Notes: generated from the letters alone by a model not told the origin. A stretch of 64,000 bases of DNA from Patescibacteria group bacterium (GCA_028714495.1 JAQTMH010000002.1:7219-71218); one strand, 5' to 3'. Shown: positions 27,405-37,431, numbered from the stretch's first letter. A program made the numbers and translations.

Positions 27405-28462
27405 TAATTTAAATATTTGGCTTTGTTTAGTTTATGCTCCTCAAAGGTCTTACTGAAAATAGTCTGGCCGTCCGGGGCGTTGAGATAATATACATAATCA
27501 TTCGGCTCCGGGTTCACGGCCGCGTTGATGCTGTCCAGCGAGGGATTGCAGATCGGTCCAGGAGGCAATCCCTTGTAGAGATAGGTGTTGTAGGGGGAAT
27601 CTACCTTGGTATCGTCAATTGAAGGTTGCAGCTCGCTTTTACCCGTGACATAATTCACTGTGGCGTCGGATTGAAGCGGCATGCCGTTTTGAATCCGCCG
27701 CCAGAAAATGTCAGCCACCATCTTTCGGTCTTGGTCAGTGCGGGCTTCTTTTTCCACAATGGAGGCCATAGTTACGATTTCAAAAATCGTGTGCCCGCCG
27801 GCTGATATTTTTTGGCGTATTTCGCTATCCAGCTTTTGATCGAAATTATCCAGCATTTTTTGGATAATTTGGGCCGGTGTCGCGTCCTTATAAACACGGT
27901 AGGTATCGGGGAAAAGATAGCCTTCGAGTCCGGCGGTTTTTGGTTTATCCACCAAAAAGCCAAAAGTATCGCCGGGAATTATATTTCGTGAATCAGTCGT
28001 ATCGGCAGCCTGAATAAATTCCTGCGCTAGAGTGGCCTCGTCTTTATTTCTATCCGAGGAAAATTTTTCTCCGTAATAGCTGGCAATTTTCTCTAAAGAC
28101 CAGCCCTCGAGTACTTGGAATTCAGTCTCCCTCGAAAGCGCCTGTCCGGCTGTAATGATATCCAAAATCGTGGCCATCTTCTGGCTGGTGTTCAATTGAT
28201 AGGTGCCGGCCTGGATTTTCGCAGTTACACCCTCGAGCCAGACATACCATTCAAAAGCCGAAGCACTTCGAATTACGCCGGCTTTTTCCAGATTCGCGCC
28301 TATTTCCTTCACACCCTGGCCGGACGTTATTTCAAAATTTACTTCTTTTGCCTTAGACGCGGAATCTGGCGGGTTCAATAGCGTGGTGAAATACCAGAAA
28401 CCCAAACCCGCGAATAACAGTCCTACCACCAGAAAAATTATTATTATGTTTAGAATTTTCAT
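27404..28462 (-). CDS. mltG: Endolytic murein transglycosylase MltG (YceG family)
   Basis: N-terminal TM anchor, AGTYQL motif and catalytic-region TMASIVEKEA. Confidence 0.8.
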   Translation of the reverse strand: MKILNIIIIFLVVGLLFAGLGFWYFTTLLNPPDSASKAKEVNFEITSGQGVKEIGANLEKAGVIRSASAFEWYVWLEGVTAKIQAGTYQLNTSQKMATILDIITAGQALSRETEFQVLEGWSLEKIASYYGEKFSSDRNKDEATLAQEFIQAADTTDSRNIIPGDTFGFLVDKPKTAGLEGYLFPDTYRVYKDATPAQIIQKMLDNFDQKLDSEIRQKISAGGHTIFEIVTMASIVEKEARTDQDRKMVADIFWRRIQNGMPLQSDATVNYVTGKSELQPSIDDTKVDSPYNTYLYKGLPPGPICNPSLDSINAAVNPEPNDYVYYLNAPDGQTIFSKTFEEHKLNKAKYLN

Positions 28463-28465
28463 GGA

Positions 28466-29551
28466 TTAGAGCCAGCGTTCAAACTTATGTTCTTTGAGCC
28501 GCTCAACCAGTGTTTTCACGTCGCCCGATTTGTCCTTTGAGCAAACCAACAGGGCGTCGCCAGTATCAACAATAATCACGTTCTTCACCCCGACTACGCC
28601 AGTCAACTTGCCCTTGGCGCTGTAAATCAGCGAGTCCTCGACTCCCACCGTAACCACCCGGCCCCGGGTGACATTGTGCTTTCCTGGAATTTGCAAATCC
28701 TTAATCAAATACCATTTTCCAGTATCGCTCCAGCCGAAATCTCCGGCGGCCACAGCTATGTTTTTGGCTTTTTTCGCCACGGCTTCTTCAATGCTCTGAC
28801 TAGGCATCTGCTTGAAGTGGGCTTCCAGCTCTTTATGAAAACTGGCTGATCCATAAGCTTGCTGGATTTTTCTGGCTAGTTCAAAAACTTTCGGCTCATG
28901 CTTTTCAAAAAGCGATAAGACCGTCGAAGCCTTCCAGACATATATTCCGGTATGAGCGAAAACCCTTGGGTTCTTGTGCAGCCGGGTCAGGGCTCCGCCG
29001 CTCGGCTTCTCAATCCAGCGGAGAGAGCGATTAAAGGCTTGGCTGCCGTATCGGGTGATCTGGCGGCCAATTTCGACATAGCTTAGACCCGGATCCGGTT
29101 GAGCCACGCTCGAGGCAATCGCCACAATCCACAAGGGATGATGCTTCAAAAAATGTTCGCTTTCCCGCAGGGCCTTGCGAAATCCGCCCGCCTCCTTAAA
29201 AACGTCATCCACGGTCAGGCTGGCGATCACCGGATCGTCTTTGCCTTGGCTGGCTGCTTCAATGATTACCGTTTCCAGGGCAATCGCCGGGCCGGTATTG
29301 CGACCGCAAGGCTCGGCGATTATATTCTTGGCAGGCAATCGCGGCACCATGCGACGAACCAGGGCCACAAAAGGCTGGGACACTGAGATATACAAATCAC
29401 TCCAATGCCTAAGCAGAGGCTTTAATTCTTCCACCTTTTCCTCCAGCAACGAACGCTGTCCGAGAAGAGGAAGAAAGTGCTTGGGTTTTTTCTGTCGCGA
29501 GACCGGCCAGAGTCGCGTACCACTGCCGCCGGCGCGAATGACAATTTTCAT
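28466..29551 (-). CDS. Mannose-1-phosphate guanylyltransferase-like nucleotidyltransferase
   Basis: MKIVIRAGGSGTRLWPVSRQKKPKHFLPL is the N-terminal sugar-nucleotidyltransferase signature. I place the start at the internal Met at 29551. Confidence 0.6.
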   Translation of the reverse strand: MKIVIRAGGSGTRLWPVSRQKKPKHFLPLLGQRSLLEEKVEELKPLLRHWSDLYISVSQPFVALVRRMVPRLPAKNIIAEPCGRNTGPAIALETVIIEAASQGKDDPVIASLTVDDVFKEAGGFRKALRESEHFLKHHPLWIVAIASSVAQPDPGLSYVEIGRQITRYGSQAFNRSLRWIEKPSGGALTRLHKNPRVFAHTGIYVWKASTVLSLFEKHEPKVFELARKIQQAYGSASFHKELEAHFKQMPSQSIEEAVAKKAKNIAVAAGDFGWSDTGKWYLIKDLQIPGKHNVTRGRVVTVGVEDSLIYSAKGKLTGVVGVKNVIIVDTGDALLVCSKDKSGDVKTLVERLKEHKFERWL

Positions 29552-29636
29552 ATTATCTAAGATATTTAACTTAAACAAATAGGTGATATCCACCCATATT
29601 CAGTTTATCAAATTTTTGAAGTTTTGTCCCAAAGGT

Positions 29637-30278
29637 CTACTCTTTTGACTCAACCAGCGGTACAAAAACAAACCCGGGGAAGCGTTTTTCCGTAATCGTA
29701 CCATCCGGCGATTTGCTTATTTGCACCATATCCTGAAGACCGACCCCGACTGGGATTACCATCTTGCCACTTTTAGCCAATTGATCAATTAAAAATTGAG
29801 GAATGCTCTTGGCCGCGGCCGCCACGTGGATTTTATCATAAGGCGCTTCAGCGGGATAACCCCTTGCGCCATCACCATGAATAAACTTTAGGTTGTGAAA
29901 AATATACTTTCGGGCATTGGCCTCGCCGAACTTTTTAAGCTTCAAAATTCTTTCCAATGCGATCACCCGACCAGCTGAACCGGCCAACTTCGCTAAAAGG
30001 CAGGCTACCCAGCCAGAGCCTGAGCCTACGTCCAGCACCCTATCCCCTGTCCGAACCTGCAACAGCTCCAGCATAAAAGCCACGGTCAGCGGCTGGGAAA
30101 TTGTCTGACCTTCGTCAATCGGCAATGGCGCGTTGATTTCCGACTCCGCCTCAAGCTCCTCTTGGCTGCGCTCGCCTGGCAATAAAAAATCCGTCCGGTT
30201 AACCTGACGAAAAGCCTGAATAATCGCTGGCGTTTTCAGATAGCCTTCTGATATCAAATTGTCAATGAGTTTTTTCAT
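29637..30278 (-). CDS. pcm: Protein-L-isoaspartate O-methyltransferase
   Basis: SAM motif RVLDVGSGSGWVACLLAKL, post-I GRVIALE, YDKIHVAAAA, and GKMVIPVG. I place the start at the internal Met at 30278. Confidence 0.8.
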   Translation of the reverse strand: MKKLIDNLISEGYLKTPAIIQAFRQVNRTDFLLPGERSQEELEAESEINAPLPIDEGQTISQPLTVAFMLELLQVRTGDRVLDVGSGSGWVACLLAKLAGSAGRVIALERILKLKKFGEANARKYIFHNLKFIHGDGARGYPAEAPYDKIHVAAAAKSIPQFLIDQLAKSGKMVIPVGVGLQDMVQISKSPDGTITEKRFPGFVFVPLVESKE

Positions 30279-30340
30279 GGGGTTGATTTTTTCGTGAAAA
30301 TATGATATACTTATTACAGTAAAACAAAAATCAAAAACAA

Positions 30341-31162
30341 ATGGTAACAATGGTCAAACGTCATATTGGATTTGGAGTAAAATCTATCCTGGTTGGGGTA
30401 GGCGCTTTGAGCCTGCTTTTTTATTTCCCCAACCTGGCCTCGGCTGAAGTGATCCACCCCGTCCTCGACGTCGTCTATCTGACCAACCAGGAACGCGCAA
30501 AAAACAATTTAGCGCCCCTGGCCTTAAACGCGCGACTTACCGCTGCCGCCCACCAAAAAGCCCGCGACATGCTGGCCCAGGGCTATTTCGATCACACCAG
30601 TCCGGACGGCCGAGAACCTTGGGATTTCATATCGGCCGCTGACTATCCCTATACCTTCGCCGGAGAAAACCTGGCCATCAATTTTATAAATCCCCTAACC
30701 ACATTCCAAGCCTGGATGAACAGCCCTTCACATCGCGATAACATTCTTTTTCCCCAGTACCAAGAAATCGGAGTAGCCACGCACAGCGCTGAGTTTAAAG
30801 GAAAAATGACTACCGTAACGGTTCAGCTCTTTGGCAGCCGCGAAGACTTCACTCCCTATGCTTCCTATCTCGGCGACAGCCAGTCTATGCCTCAAAAAAC
30901 CGAAGCCTTCATGGATGCTTCAACTACAGATAATAAGGGTCTAACCGGCTATGTCGCTTCTTCGATTTCAATCAATCGCAACCGGTCGAATAGCCAAGTC
31001 AGCCAGCCTTCTCCCCTCTTCCTCTGGGTAATGCTTGGAGTTTACCTCGTTTTGGTGGTCGGATTGCTCTGCTTCTTTACTCAAAAGCGGCTTTTTTACA
31101 GTTTTGTTAAAAGAACGGCTGTTTTTTTCTGGAGTATCGCGATTTTTATCCTGTTAATTTAA
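30341..31162 (+). CDS. CAP/SCP/PR-1 domain protein (YkwD-like), secreted with C-terminal TM anchor
   Basis: Signal peptide, YLTNQERAKNNLAPL, GYFDHTSPDG, GENLA, W..SP.HR.NIL motifs of the CAP superfamily. C-terminal hydrophobic helix. Confidence 0.7.
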   Translation: MVTMVKRHIGFGVKSILVGVGALSLLFYFPNLASAEVIHPVLDVVYLTNQERAKNNLAPLALNARLTAAAHQKARDMLAQGYFDHTSPDGREPWDFISAADYPYTFAGENLAINFINPLTTFQAWMNSPSHRDNILFPQYQEIGVATHSAEFKGKMTTVTVQLFGSREDFTPYASYLGDSQSMPQKTEAFMDASTTDNKGLTGYVASSISINRNRSNSQVSQPSPLFLWVMLGVYLVLVVGLLCFFTQKRLFYSFVKRTAVFFWSIAIFILLI

Positions 31163-31978
31163 GACCTGGGTTAAAAGCAATACTACCAAGACTAGACCCA
31201 GAATTAGGCGGTAATAAGCAAAAGGGGCCAGCGAACGGCTCTTTAAATAGCGCAGGAAATATTTAACGCAGAAATAACCACTCGAAAGGCTGGCCAAAAA
31301 ACCTACCAGGTATATTAACCAATCCTGGGTTAGAGCGCCTCCTTGCCATAAATCGATGGTTTTTTTTAATCCCGCGCCGCCAATTACCGGAATTGACAGA
31401 AGAAAAGCGAACCGGGCGGCTGCCTCTCTCTTCAACCCCACGAATAAACCTGTTATAATGGTAATGCCTGAACGCGACACTCCGGGAATCAAGGCCAGCG
31501 ACTGGCTTAGGCCGATAGTCAAAGCTTTTCCGGCATTCACTGATTCAATCGGTTTGTCCTTCCGGCTTAATCGCTCTGCCAAAAAAATAAGTCCCGCCCC
31601 AGCCGCTAACGCGACCACCACCACCCAGAGCGAGCGTAGTTGATTCTCAATCTCACTTTCAAAGAAATAGCCGATGATAGTTGCCGGTATTGTGCCAATA
31701 ATTATCAGCCAGGACAGACGCTGATCTAGATCATTTTGCCAATTCCAATGTTTAAAGCTCCTGAAAAATCCCTTGAGATATTTCACAATATCAGCATAGA
31801 AAAAGAAAAAGAGGGCAAAAAACGTACCCGCGTGCAAAATAACATCAAAACCCAAATCCGAGGCTAAATCCATTGGCCAAACCTCGTGAAAAATAACCAG
31901 ATGACCGGTGCTTGAAACCGGTAAAAACTCCGTTAAGCCCTGGATGATCCCAAAAATTATTGAATAAATTACCAGCAT
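31154..31978 (-). CDS. uppP: Undecaprenyl-diphosphatase
   Basis: N-terminal IIQGLTEFLPVSSTGHLVI and GVSRSGITI motifs of BacA/UppP. Confidence 0.85.
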   Translation of the reverse strand: MLVIYSIIFGIIQGLTEFLPVSSTGHLVIFHEVWPMDLASDLGFDVILHAGTFFALFFFFYADIVKYLKGFFRSFKHWNWQNDLDQRLSWLIIIGTIPATIIGYFFESEIENQLRSLWVVVVALAAGAGLIFLAERLSRKDKPIESVNAGKALTIGLSQSLALIPGVSRSGITIITGLFVGLKREAAARFAFLLSIPVIGGAGLKKTIDLWQGGALTQDWLIYLVGFLASLSSGYFCVKYFLRYLKSRSLAPFAYYRLILGLVLVVLLLTQVLN

Positions 31979-31985
31979 ACTTTAA

Positions 31986-32423
31986 ATGGAACTTCCTAAA
32001 ATATTAATCGCTTCTTTAAGCGCCGGAATCCTCACTCAGCTTTTTAAATTTTTCCGTGAAGTTTTTTATGGCCGCGTTCAGTGGTCGCTGCTAAACAGCT
32101 ACGGGGGCATGCCGTCCGCCCACACCGCCTTTGTCTCCGCCTTGACTGCCTCGGTTTGCTTTAGTGAAGGCATTGATTCTCCGGCTTTTGCGATTTCCTT
32201 CATTCTTTCCGCCATCATCGCCCGCGACGCCATAGGCTTCCGGCGTTATTTAGGAACGCACGGGCGAGTAATCAACATGCTGATGCGCGAATTGCCCGAC
32301 GGCGAAGCGCTGAAATATCCGCCTCAGCTCCGCGAACGCGTCGGCCATACACCGCTCGAAGCCTTGGTTGGTATGATCATCGGTATCAGTATTGCCACTA
32401 TCTTCTACCTCTTAATTTATTAA
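31986..32423 (+). CDS. Divergent PAP2 family membrane protein (DUF212)
   Basis: SYGGMPSAHTAFVSALTASV signature of the divergent PAP2 / acid phosphatase-related family. Confidence 0.7.
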   Translation: MELPKILIASLSAGILTQLFKFFREVFYGRVQWSLLNSYGGMPSAHTAFVSALTASVCFSEGIDSPAFAISFILSAIIARDAIGFRRYLGTHGRVINMLMRELPDGEALKYPPQLRERVGHTPLEALVGMIIGISIATIFYLLIY

Positions 32424-32428
32424 GACTC

Positions 32429-33301
32429 TCATTTCTGGCAATTCGGGCAAAAATGGCTAGACCGGCTACCCAGCCGGATCTTTTTTATTTTAGCTTTTCT
32501 GCAACGAAGACACAACTTTCCTGACCGGCCATAAACCATAAGATGTTTTAACATTCCGCCCGGCTGGCCCAAGCCACCTCGATAATTCCTTATGGTCGTG
32601 CCGCGCTGGCTGATGGCTTTTTTTAATACCCGGCGGCTATTCTTGACAATCAGTTGCAATTCAGAGTTCTTTAATGTCTTGACTCGTCGCATCGGTTTAA
32701 TCTTTGATTGGAAAAGCGCCTCGTCAGTATAAATATTCCCCAAACCGGCAACGATTGACTGGTCAAGCAAAGCGGCTTTAATCGTCGACTTCTTTTTACT
32801 CCTGAGCGCCTGGCTTAGGTATTCAAAGGTAAATGATTTGGCAAACGGCTCAATGCCTAGTTTTTTCTCCTGAAAAAATTTCTCCAGATTATCTGTCGGC
32901 CAAAGCAGCAAATAGCCAAACTGACGCAAATCATTGAAATAAAGATAATTCGAACCCCTTAGCTTAAAAATCACGTGGGTGTATTTATTCGGCAAATTCT
33001 TATCGCCATTGGCTATGTCATGACCGCCTTTTTGTTTATACCCGTTTTTCGATACATAAATCAGCTGGCCGGTCATTTTTAAATGAATCACTAAAGTTTG
33101 GCCATTGGCTAGCTTGATTAGGATCATTTTCCCACGACGTTCAACCGCCACGATCTTTTTACCTCTGACCAACCTTTGAAATCGTCTGAGTGACATCTTC
33201 ACCATTTTTGGCAACCGAACATCCACTCTGGAAATCACCTTACCTTTTAAATAGGGTCTCAAATCGCGAACTACTGTTTCGACTTCTGGAAGCTCGGGCA
33301 T
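32429..33301 (-). CDS. mutM: Formamidopyrimidine-DNA glycosylase (Fpg/Nei family)
   Basis: N-terminal MPELPEVE (catalytic Pro2, Glu3) and C-terminal zinc finger CLRCRKAKIKKIRLGSRSSHFCPNCQ. Confidence 0.85.
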   Translation of the reverse strand: MPELPEVETVVRDLRPYLKGKVISRVDVRLPKMVKMSLRRFQRLVRGKKIVAVERRGKMILIKLANGQTLVIHLKMTGQLIYVSKNGYKQKGGHDIANGDKNLPNKYTHVIFKLRGSNYLYFNDLRQFGYLLLWPTDNLEKFFQEKKLGIEPFAKSFTFEYLSQALRSKKKSTIKAALLDQSIVAGLGNIYTDEALFQSKIKPMRRVKTLKNSELQLIVKNSRRVLKKAISQRGTTIRNYRGGLGQPGGMLKHLMVYGRSGKLCLRCRKAKIKKIRLGSRSSHFCPNCQK

Positions 33302-33307
33302 GATAAT

Positions 33308-33934
33308 TTATATCTTTAATTGTTTCCTGGCTTCGCCATAAACAGTTCGAGCCGGGTCTTTCAGGCTATCGTGAAGAAGGGGCCTGGCTTTGTCTCTAAA
33401 ATCAGGATTAACTTTGCAAAAATCCCCCATAATTTTTATGGCTCGACAGCGTACCGTGGGTTCTCGATCGCGTAAGCCAATGGTGATGGCATGAAAAGAC
33501 AGATCTCGAAACGAGGCGTCTGACTGACCCAGATTACTTATTCCGGTAATTGCCGCTTCCCGGACAACCGGGCTTTGGCTCGTTAAAAGCTCAGTCAGCT
33601 GTTCTATCGTTTCATGTTTTTCAGCCTCGTTAATCCCGGGAATGACGCCTCCTAAAAATTTTCGCGTCTGCCGGTAACTCGTAAAAACATAATCAAAAAG
33701 TTTCAGAGCCAGCCGCCGGCTAAAACCGTAAAGTAGCCTGGGATTAAGCTTGGCTGCGGTGGTAATTGCGTAAATCGCCCTTTGCCTGATTATTTCCCGC
33801 CGATCCTGAAGCAGTTCCAAAACCACCCTTAAAACCTGCTGGCTTTTTAAAATCCACTGGGCGACTTCGTTTGCGCCGCTGTTTCCCTTTTTCTGCCTGG
33901 CTAATTTTTTTACTATCTTATCTTGAAGCTTCAT
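33308..33934 (-). CDS. HEAT-repeat (PBS-lyase-like) protein, hypothetical
   Basis: Repeated E.VR..A..AL/G-type helical repeats. Co-oriented immediately upstream of mutM. Confidence 0.4.
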   Translation of the reverse strand: MKLQDKIVKKLARQKKGNSGANEVAQWILKSQQVLRVVLELLQDRREIIRQRAIYAITTAAKLNPRLLYGFSRRLALKLFDYVFTSYRQTRKFLGGVIPGINEAEKHETIEQLTELLTSQSPVVREAAITGISNLGQSDASFRDLSFHAITIGLRDREPTVRCRAIKIMGDFCKVNPDFRDKARPLLHDSLKDPARTVYGEARKQLKI

Positions 33935-34257
33935 GCTTGGCCAAAAACGTACAGGCTGACAAAAAATAAGCAGAAGATTACTAAAATTGTCGCCAGTGTT
34001 ATAACCGACATCAATACTGCCTCGCGAAATTGTTTTTTAGTAACCAGGTAAACCGGATAGCCGAAGACGATCAGGCCCGAGAGGCCGGCGCTGAAGACGA
34101 ATAAAGTAATCATGACTGCGAATGACAGTATCGGCGTGCCGTCTGAATCAAAAAGATTATTAGCGCTCATGATAAACAAGCCCACCAAAAGAATATAAAG
34201 TCCCTGAGTTACGCCGGCCAAAATTCCTAATTTAAAAATTCTGTTTTCAATTTTCAT
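33931..34257 (-). CDS. Small membrane protein, hypothetical
   Basis: 108 aa, 3 hydrophobic helices. Confidence 0.4.
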   Translation of the reverse strand: MKIENRIFKLGILAGVTQGLYILLVGLFIMSANNLFDSDGTPILSFAVMITLFVFSAGLSGLIVFGYPVYLVTKKQFREAVLMSVITLATILVIFCLFFVSLYVFGQA

Positions 34258-34267
34258 ATTTTATTGT

Positions 34268-34600
34268 TTATTCAGATTTAAAACTATCGCCTGGCTCAAT
34301 CTCAACCCACAGGCTGGAATCTTCATCATACTTGTAAGCCTTGAGCGCGTGAACCATCTCTTCGCTTGAATACTCTTTCTGGATTGTCTTGCTTGAGCCA
34401 ATCCGGCGCGAACCAATCGCCCGTTCGCCTAAAACTACCGGCCTGGAAATTCTCTCCAGTTTCATCTTGCCCAAGGGCCCTTTAAAAATTATAATCTCGA
34501 CATTTCCTGGCTCATCCAGCAGATCTTCATTCTTTTCTTCCAAAACCTCAAACGAGTCTTTTATCTGGCCTTTGGTTTCCTGCCATTTTTCGTCGGTCAT
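34268..34600 (-). CDS. Hypothetical protein
   Basis: ORF track 110 aa, acidic. No family recognised. Confidence 0.4.
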   Translation of the reverse strand: MTDEKWQETKGQIKDSFEVLEEKNEDLLDEPGNVEIIIFKGPLGKMKLERISRPVVLGERAIGSRRIGSSKTIQKEYSSEEMVHALKAYKYDEDSSLWVEIEPGDSFKSE

Positions 34601-34666
34601 AGTATTACAATAATAACAAAAAGGACTTAAAATGTAAATTCTGCGTGTTTTGGTTTATTGAGCCGA

Positions 34667-34688
34667 ACACCTTTTAGTTAAAAGGTGT
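34667..34688. terminator. Palindromic hairpin ACACCTTTTAGTTAAAAGGTGT overlapping the stop of the ArsR-like gene (terminator family)
   Basis: Same palindrome family as 24508 and 35036. Confidence 0.4.
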
Positions 34689-34953
34689 CTTGATTTATAT
34701 GATCATTTACAGCAAAACTCTTTGAGATGTGAAAATTAACTTTTTGCCCATCGCGTTTTCCCTCAATGATGTGGCAGCGTAAAAGCAAATGTAGATGCTT
34801 CGACACCGCCGATGGCCTGATACCAAGTTTTTCCACCAACTCTTTTCCGGTATGGCCTCGCTGAGAGAGCAAATGCAGGACCCAAAGACGCCGTTCATTC
34901 CCAAGTGCGCGATAAAACAAGGCTGTTTTTCGCAATTGTGGATGTGTGTGCAT
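34678..34953 (-). CDS. ArsR/SmtB family transcriptional regulator
   Basis: LGNERRLWVLHLLSQRGHTGKELVEKLGIRPSAVSKHLHLL is the ArsR HTH. Confidence 0.75.
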   Translation of the reverse strand: MHTHPQLRKTALFYRALGNERRLWVLHLLSQRGHTGKELVEKLGIRPSAVSKHLHLLLRCHIIEGKRDGQKVNFHISKSFAVNDHINQDTF

Positions 34954-35035
34954 AAATAAACAAAAAACGGGTTAGATTCCCGTCAACATCAATGATAGCA
35001 TGACGTGATTTTATGTCAAATGTAAATCATATAAT

Positions 35036-35055
35036 TCACCTTTTAGTTAAAAGGT
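35036..35055 (-). terminator. Intrinsic terminator hairpin CACCTTTTAGTTAAAAGGTG downstream of the EamA gene
   Basis: Perfect palindrome 26 nt past the stop at 35081, U-rich tail on the minus strand. Confidence 0.5.
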
Positions 35056-35080
35056 GTTATTGCTAATATTGCTAATTATA

Positions 35081-35968
35081 TCAAGTAATTAAAAATATCC
35101 CGCCGATAATAAATATAATCGCCACAATCTTCTGGAAAGCGATTTTTCTATTGATTTCCTCGTTAATCAAACCAGGTTTTAGCTTCGCCAGTAAAAGCGT
35201 CCAGAGAAAAACGAAAAGATACTGGATCGTGGACGCGGCTGAAACTAAAGAAATATACCAAAAAGACATGGCGGTAATATAGGCGAAATTTGCCAGGCCC
35301 GAATTGCCTTCAGAAACTATCATCAGCCAGAAACCCCGCCGATCACTCTCGTGTCTTAAAATGATATATTCTTTTATGCTCCGATAGAAAACCACTAAAC
35401 CGAGTAAACCAGCCATCAGATATATCCAGCCGAAAACCGACCAGTAGTTGTAATAATTCGATAGATATTTCTCGATAATCGCCGTACCAGCCGCTCCTGT
35501 AGCTGAGACGATCATCAGGCCCAGTACGCGACTCTTGAAAATCTGCTTCAAATTTCCCCTTGATAAAATTAATATCGAACCGACAAGGATAATTATTATC
35601 CCCAGATATATCTTAAGTGAAAATATTTCGTTTAAAAATATTCCGCTGAATATTAGAATAAGTACCGGAGTCAGGGCGAAAAGCGGAGCGACCCGCGATA
35701 TTTCCTCGAGTTGGGCTGATCTAAAATAAACGTAGCCCATGATAATCCATAATATCGCGGCAATAACGATTAATAATAAATGTCCAATCTTTGGGATCTG
35801 GCCATCATAAATTAAAGCCACACCGCCCATTAATAATGATACCAGGCTTAGCGGCAAGTAAATCTGGCTGACTTTTCTTATATATTTCGTAACGACTGTC
35901 TTATCAAGTAAATTCGTAACCGACCAAAGGAAACCGGCGGCAATAGCGAATATTATTCCTAAATTCAT
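35081..35968 (-). CDS. EamA/DMT-family transporter
   Basis: 295 aa, about 10 TM helices with the two-repeat DMT architecture. Confidence 0.7.
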   Translation of the reverse strand: MNLGIIFAIAAGFLWSVTNLLDKTVVTKYIRKVSQIYLPLSLVSLLMGGVALIYDGQIPKIGHLLLIVIAAILWIIMGYVYFRSAQLEEISRVAPLFALTPVLILIFSGIFLNEIFSLKIYLGIIIILVGSILILSRGNLKQIFKSRVLGLMIVSATGAAGTAIIEKYLSNYYNYWSVFGWIYLMAGLLGLVVFYRSIKEYIILRHESDRRGFWLMIVSEGNSGLANFAYITAMSFWYISLVSAASTIQYLFVFLWTLLLAKLKPGLINEEINRKIAFQKIVAIIFIIGGIFLIT

Positions 35969-36132
35969 TTGGTTAAATTAATAAATATTCCCAGCTTATA
36001 ATATTTATAAGTTCATTATCAGTCGTTGTGCCGTGAACGAAATAGGTTATTTTAATGCTCATAATAGTGTTTTTCTCGTAGCCAGGGTCTTTAGACCCGC
36101 AGCCACACGGAATAATAAATGGTTCTATGTGC

Positions 36133-36156
36133 AGGCGAACAAGCGCTTGTTCGCCT
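36133..36156. terminator. Perfect 24-nt palindrome AGGCGAACAAGCGCTTGTTCGCCT with flanking T/A runs; bidirectional terminator downstream of rarA
   Basis: Seen directly. Followed by GGGGTTATTTTTTATT on plus. Confidence 0.5.
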
Positions 36157-36162
36157 ACGGGG

Positions 36163-37431
36163 TTATTTTTTATTATAATACTTCCTCCCCTTCAACTCCT
36201 CCGGCAAATACTCCTGCTTGCCTTCTTCTGGTGTATAATCGTGCGAATACTTGTAATCCTGGCCATAGCCGATATCCTTCATCAAATCAGTCACGGCATT
36301 GCGCAGATGAAGCGGAACTGAGGTGTTTAAAGTTTTTTTCACGTCTGCCTTGGCTTCCATCAATGCCTTGTAGGAAGCATTTGATTTGGGGGCGAGCGCG
36401 AGATAAATAACGGCTTGAGCCAAATTAAGCTGGGCTTCTGGAAAACCTACGTATTCAACAGCGTGAGCGGCGGCATTGGCTACCAATAGTGCCATCGGAT
36501 CAGCATTGCCAATATCCTCGGAGGCGAGTATCACCATGCGCCGGGCGATAAACCGCGGGTCCTCCCCTGCCTCAATCATCCGGGCCAGCCAATAAATCGC
36601 GCCGTCCGGGTTTGAGCCACGCATCGACTTGATAAAAGCCGAGATGACATTGTAATGCTCTTCCCCTCCTTTATCATAGAGCAGGGATTTGTGCTGAAGC
36701 GCGTCTTCGATTGTCTGCTTCTGGATATGGCGAAACCCCTGCTTGTCAGACCGGGTGCTTTTAACGGCGATTTCGATCGCGTTCAGGGCGGTCCTGGCGT
36801 CGCCGTTTGAACCCTTGATTATCAAATCAAGCGCGGTTTTGCCGATTTTGACCTTGTATTTTCCCAAGCCGACTTTTTTATCTTGCAGGGCTTTTTTCAA
36901 AATCCGGCCGATATGCTCCGGATCCAGCCGCTTCAATACATAGACTCGGCTGCGCGACAATAAAGGCGAGATTACTTCAAATGAAGGATTTTCCGTGGTC
37001 GCGCCAATCAGCACAATCGTGCCATTTTCCACATACGGCAAAAAAGAATCCTGCTGGGCTTTGTTCCAGCGGTGGATTTCATCAACAAATAGAATCGTCC
37101 GCTGGCTCTGGTATTTTCTCAAATCCTGAGCCTCTTTTACCACCTTGCGTAATTCGGCAACCCCGGCGGCAACAGCGGAAATCTGGACGAATTTTGATTT
37201 TGTCAGCCGGGCGATTATTCTGGCCAGGGTGGTTTTCCCTGAACCTGGCGGCCCCCAGAGAATCATCGAAAAAAGCTCGTCGTTCTCAATCGCCTGGCGC
37301 AGTACTTTCCCCTGGCCTACAATCTCATCCTGCCCCAAAAAGCCCTCTAATTCTAGCGGCCTGATCCGGTCAGCCAGCGGCGCCTCGCGGGCCATTTCTT
37401 TCTCCATTTTTTGGTCAAATAAATCGGACAT
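36163..37431 (-). CDS. rarA: Replication-associated recombination protein A (AAA+ ATPase)
   Basis: Walker A ILWGPPGSGKTTLARIIA, Walker B LFVDEIHRWNKAQQD, and the MgsA C-terminal region. Confidence 0.85.
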   Translation of the reverse strand: MSDLFDQKMEKEMAREAPLADRIRPLELEGFLGQDEIVGQGKVLRQAIENDELFSMILWGPPGSGKTTLARIIARLTKSKFVQISAVAAGVAELRKVVKEAQDLRKYQSQRTILFVDEIHRWNKAQQDSFLPYVENGTIVLIGATTENPSFEVISPLLSRSRVYVLKRLDPEHIGRILKKALQDKKVGLGKYKVKIGKTALDLIIKGSNGDARTALNAIEIAVKSTRSDKQGFRHIQKQTIEDALQHKSLLYDKGGEEHYNVISAFIKSMRGSNPDGAIYWLARMIEAGEDPRFIARRMVILASEDIGNADPMALLVANAAAHAVEYVGFPEAQLNLAQAVIYLALAPKSNASYKALMEAKADVKKTLNTSVPLHLRNAVTDLMKDIGYGQDYKYSHDYTPEEGKQEYLPEELKGRKYYNKK

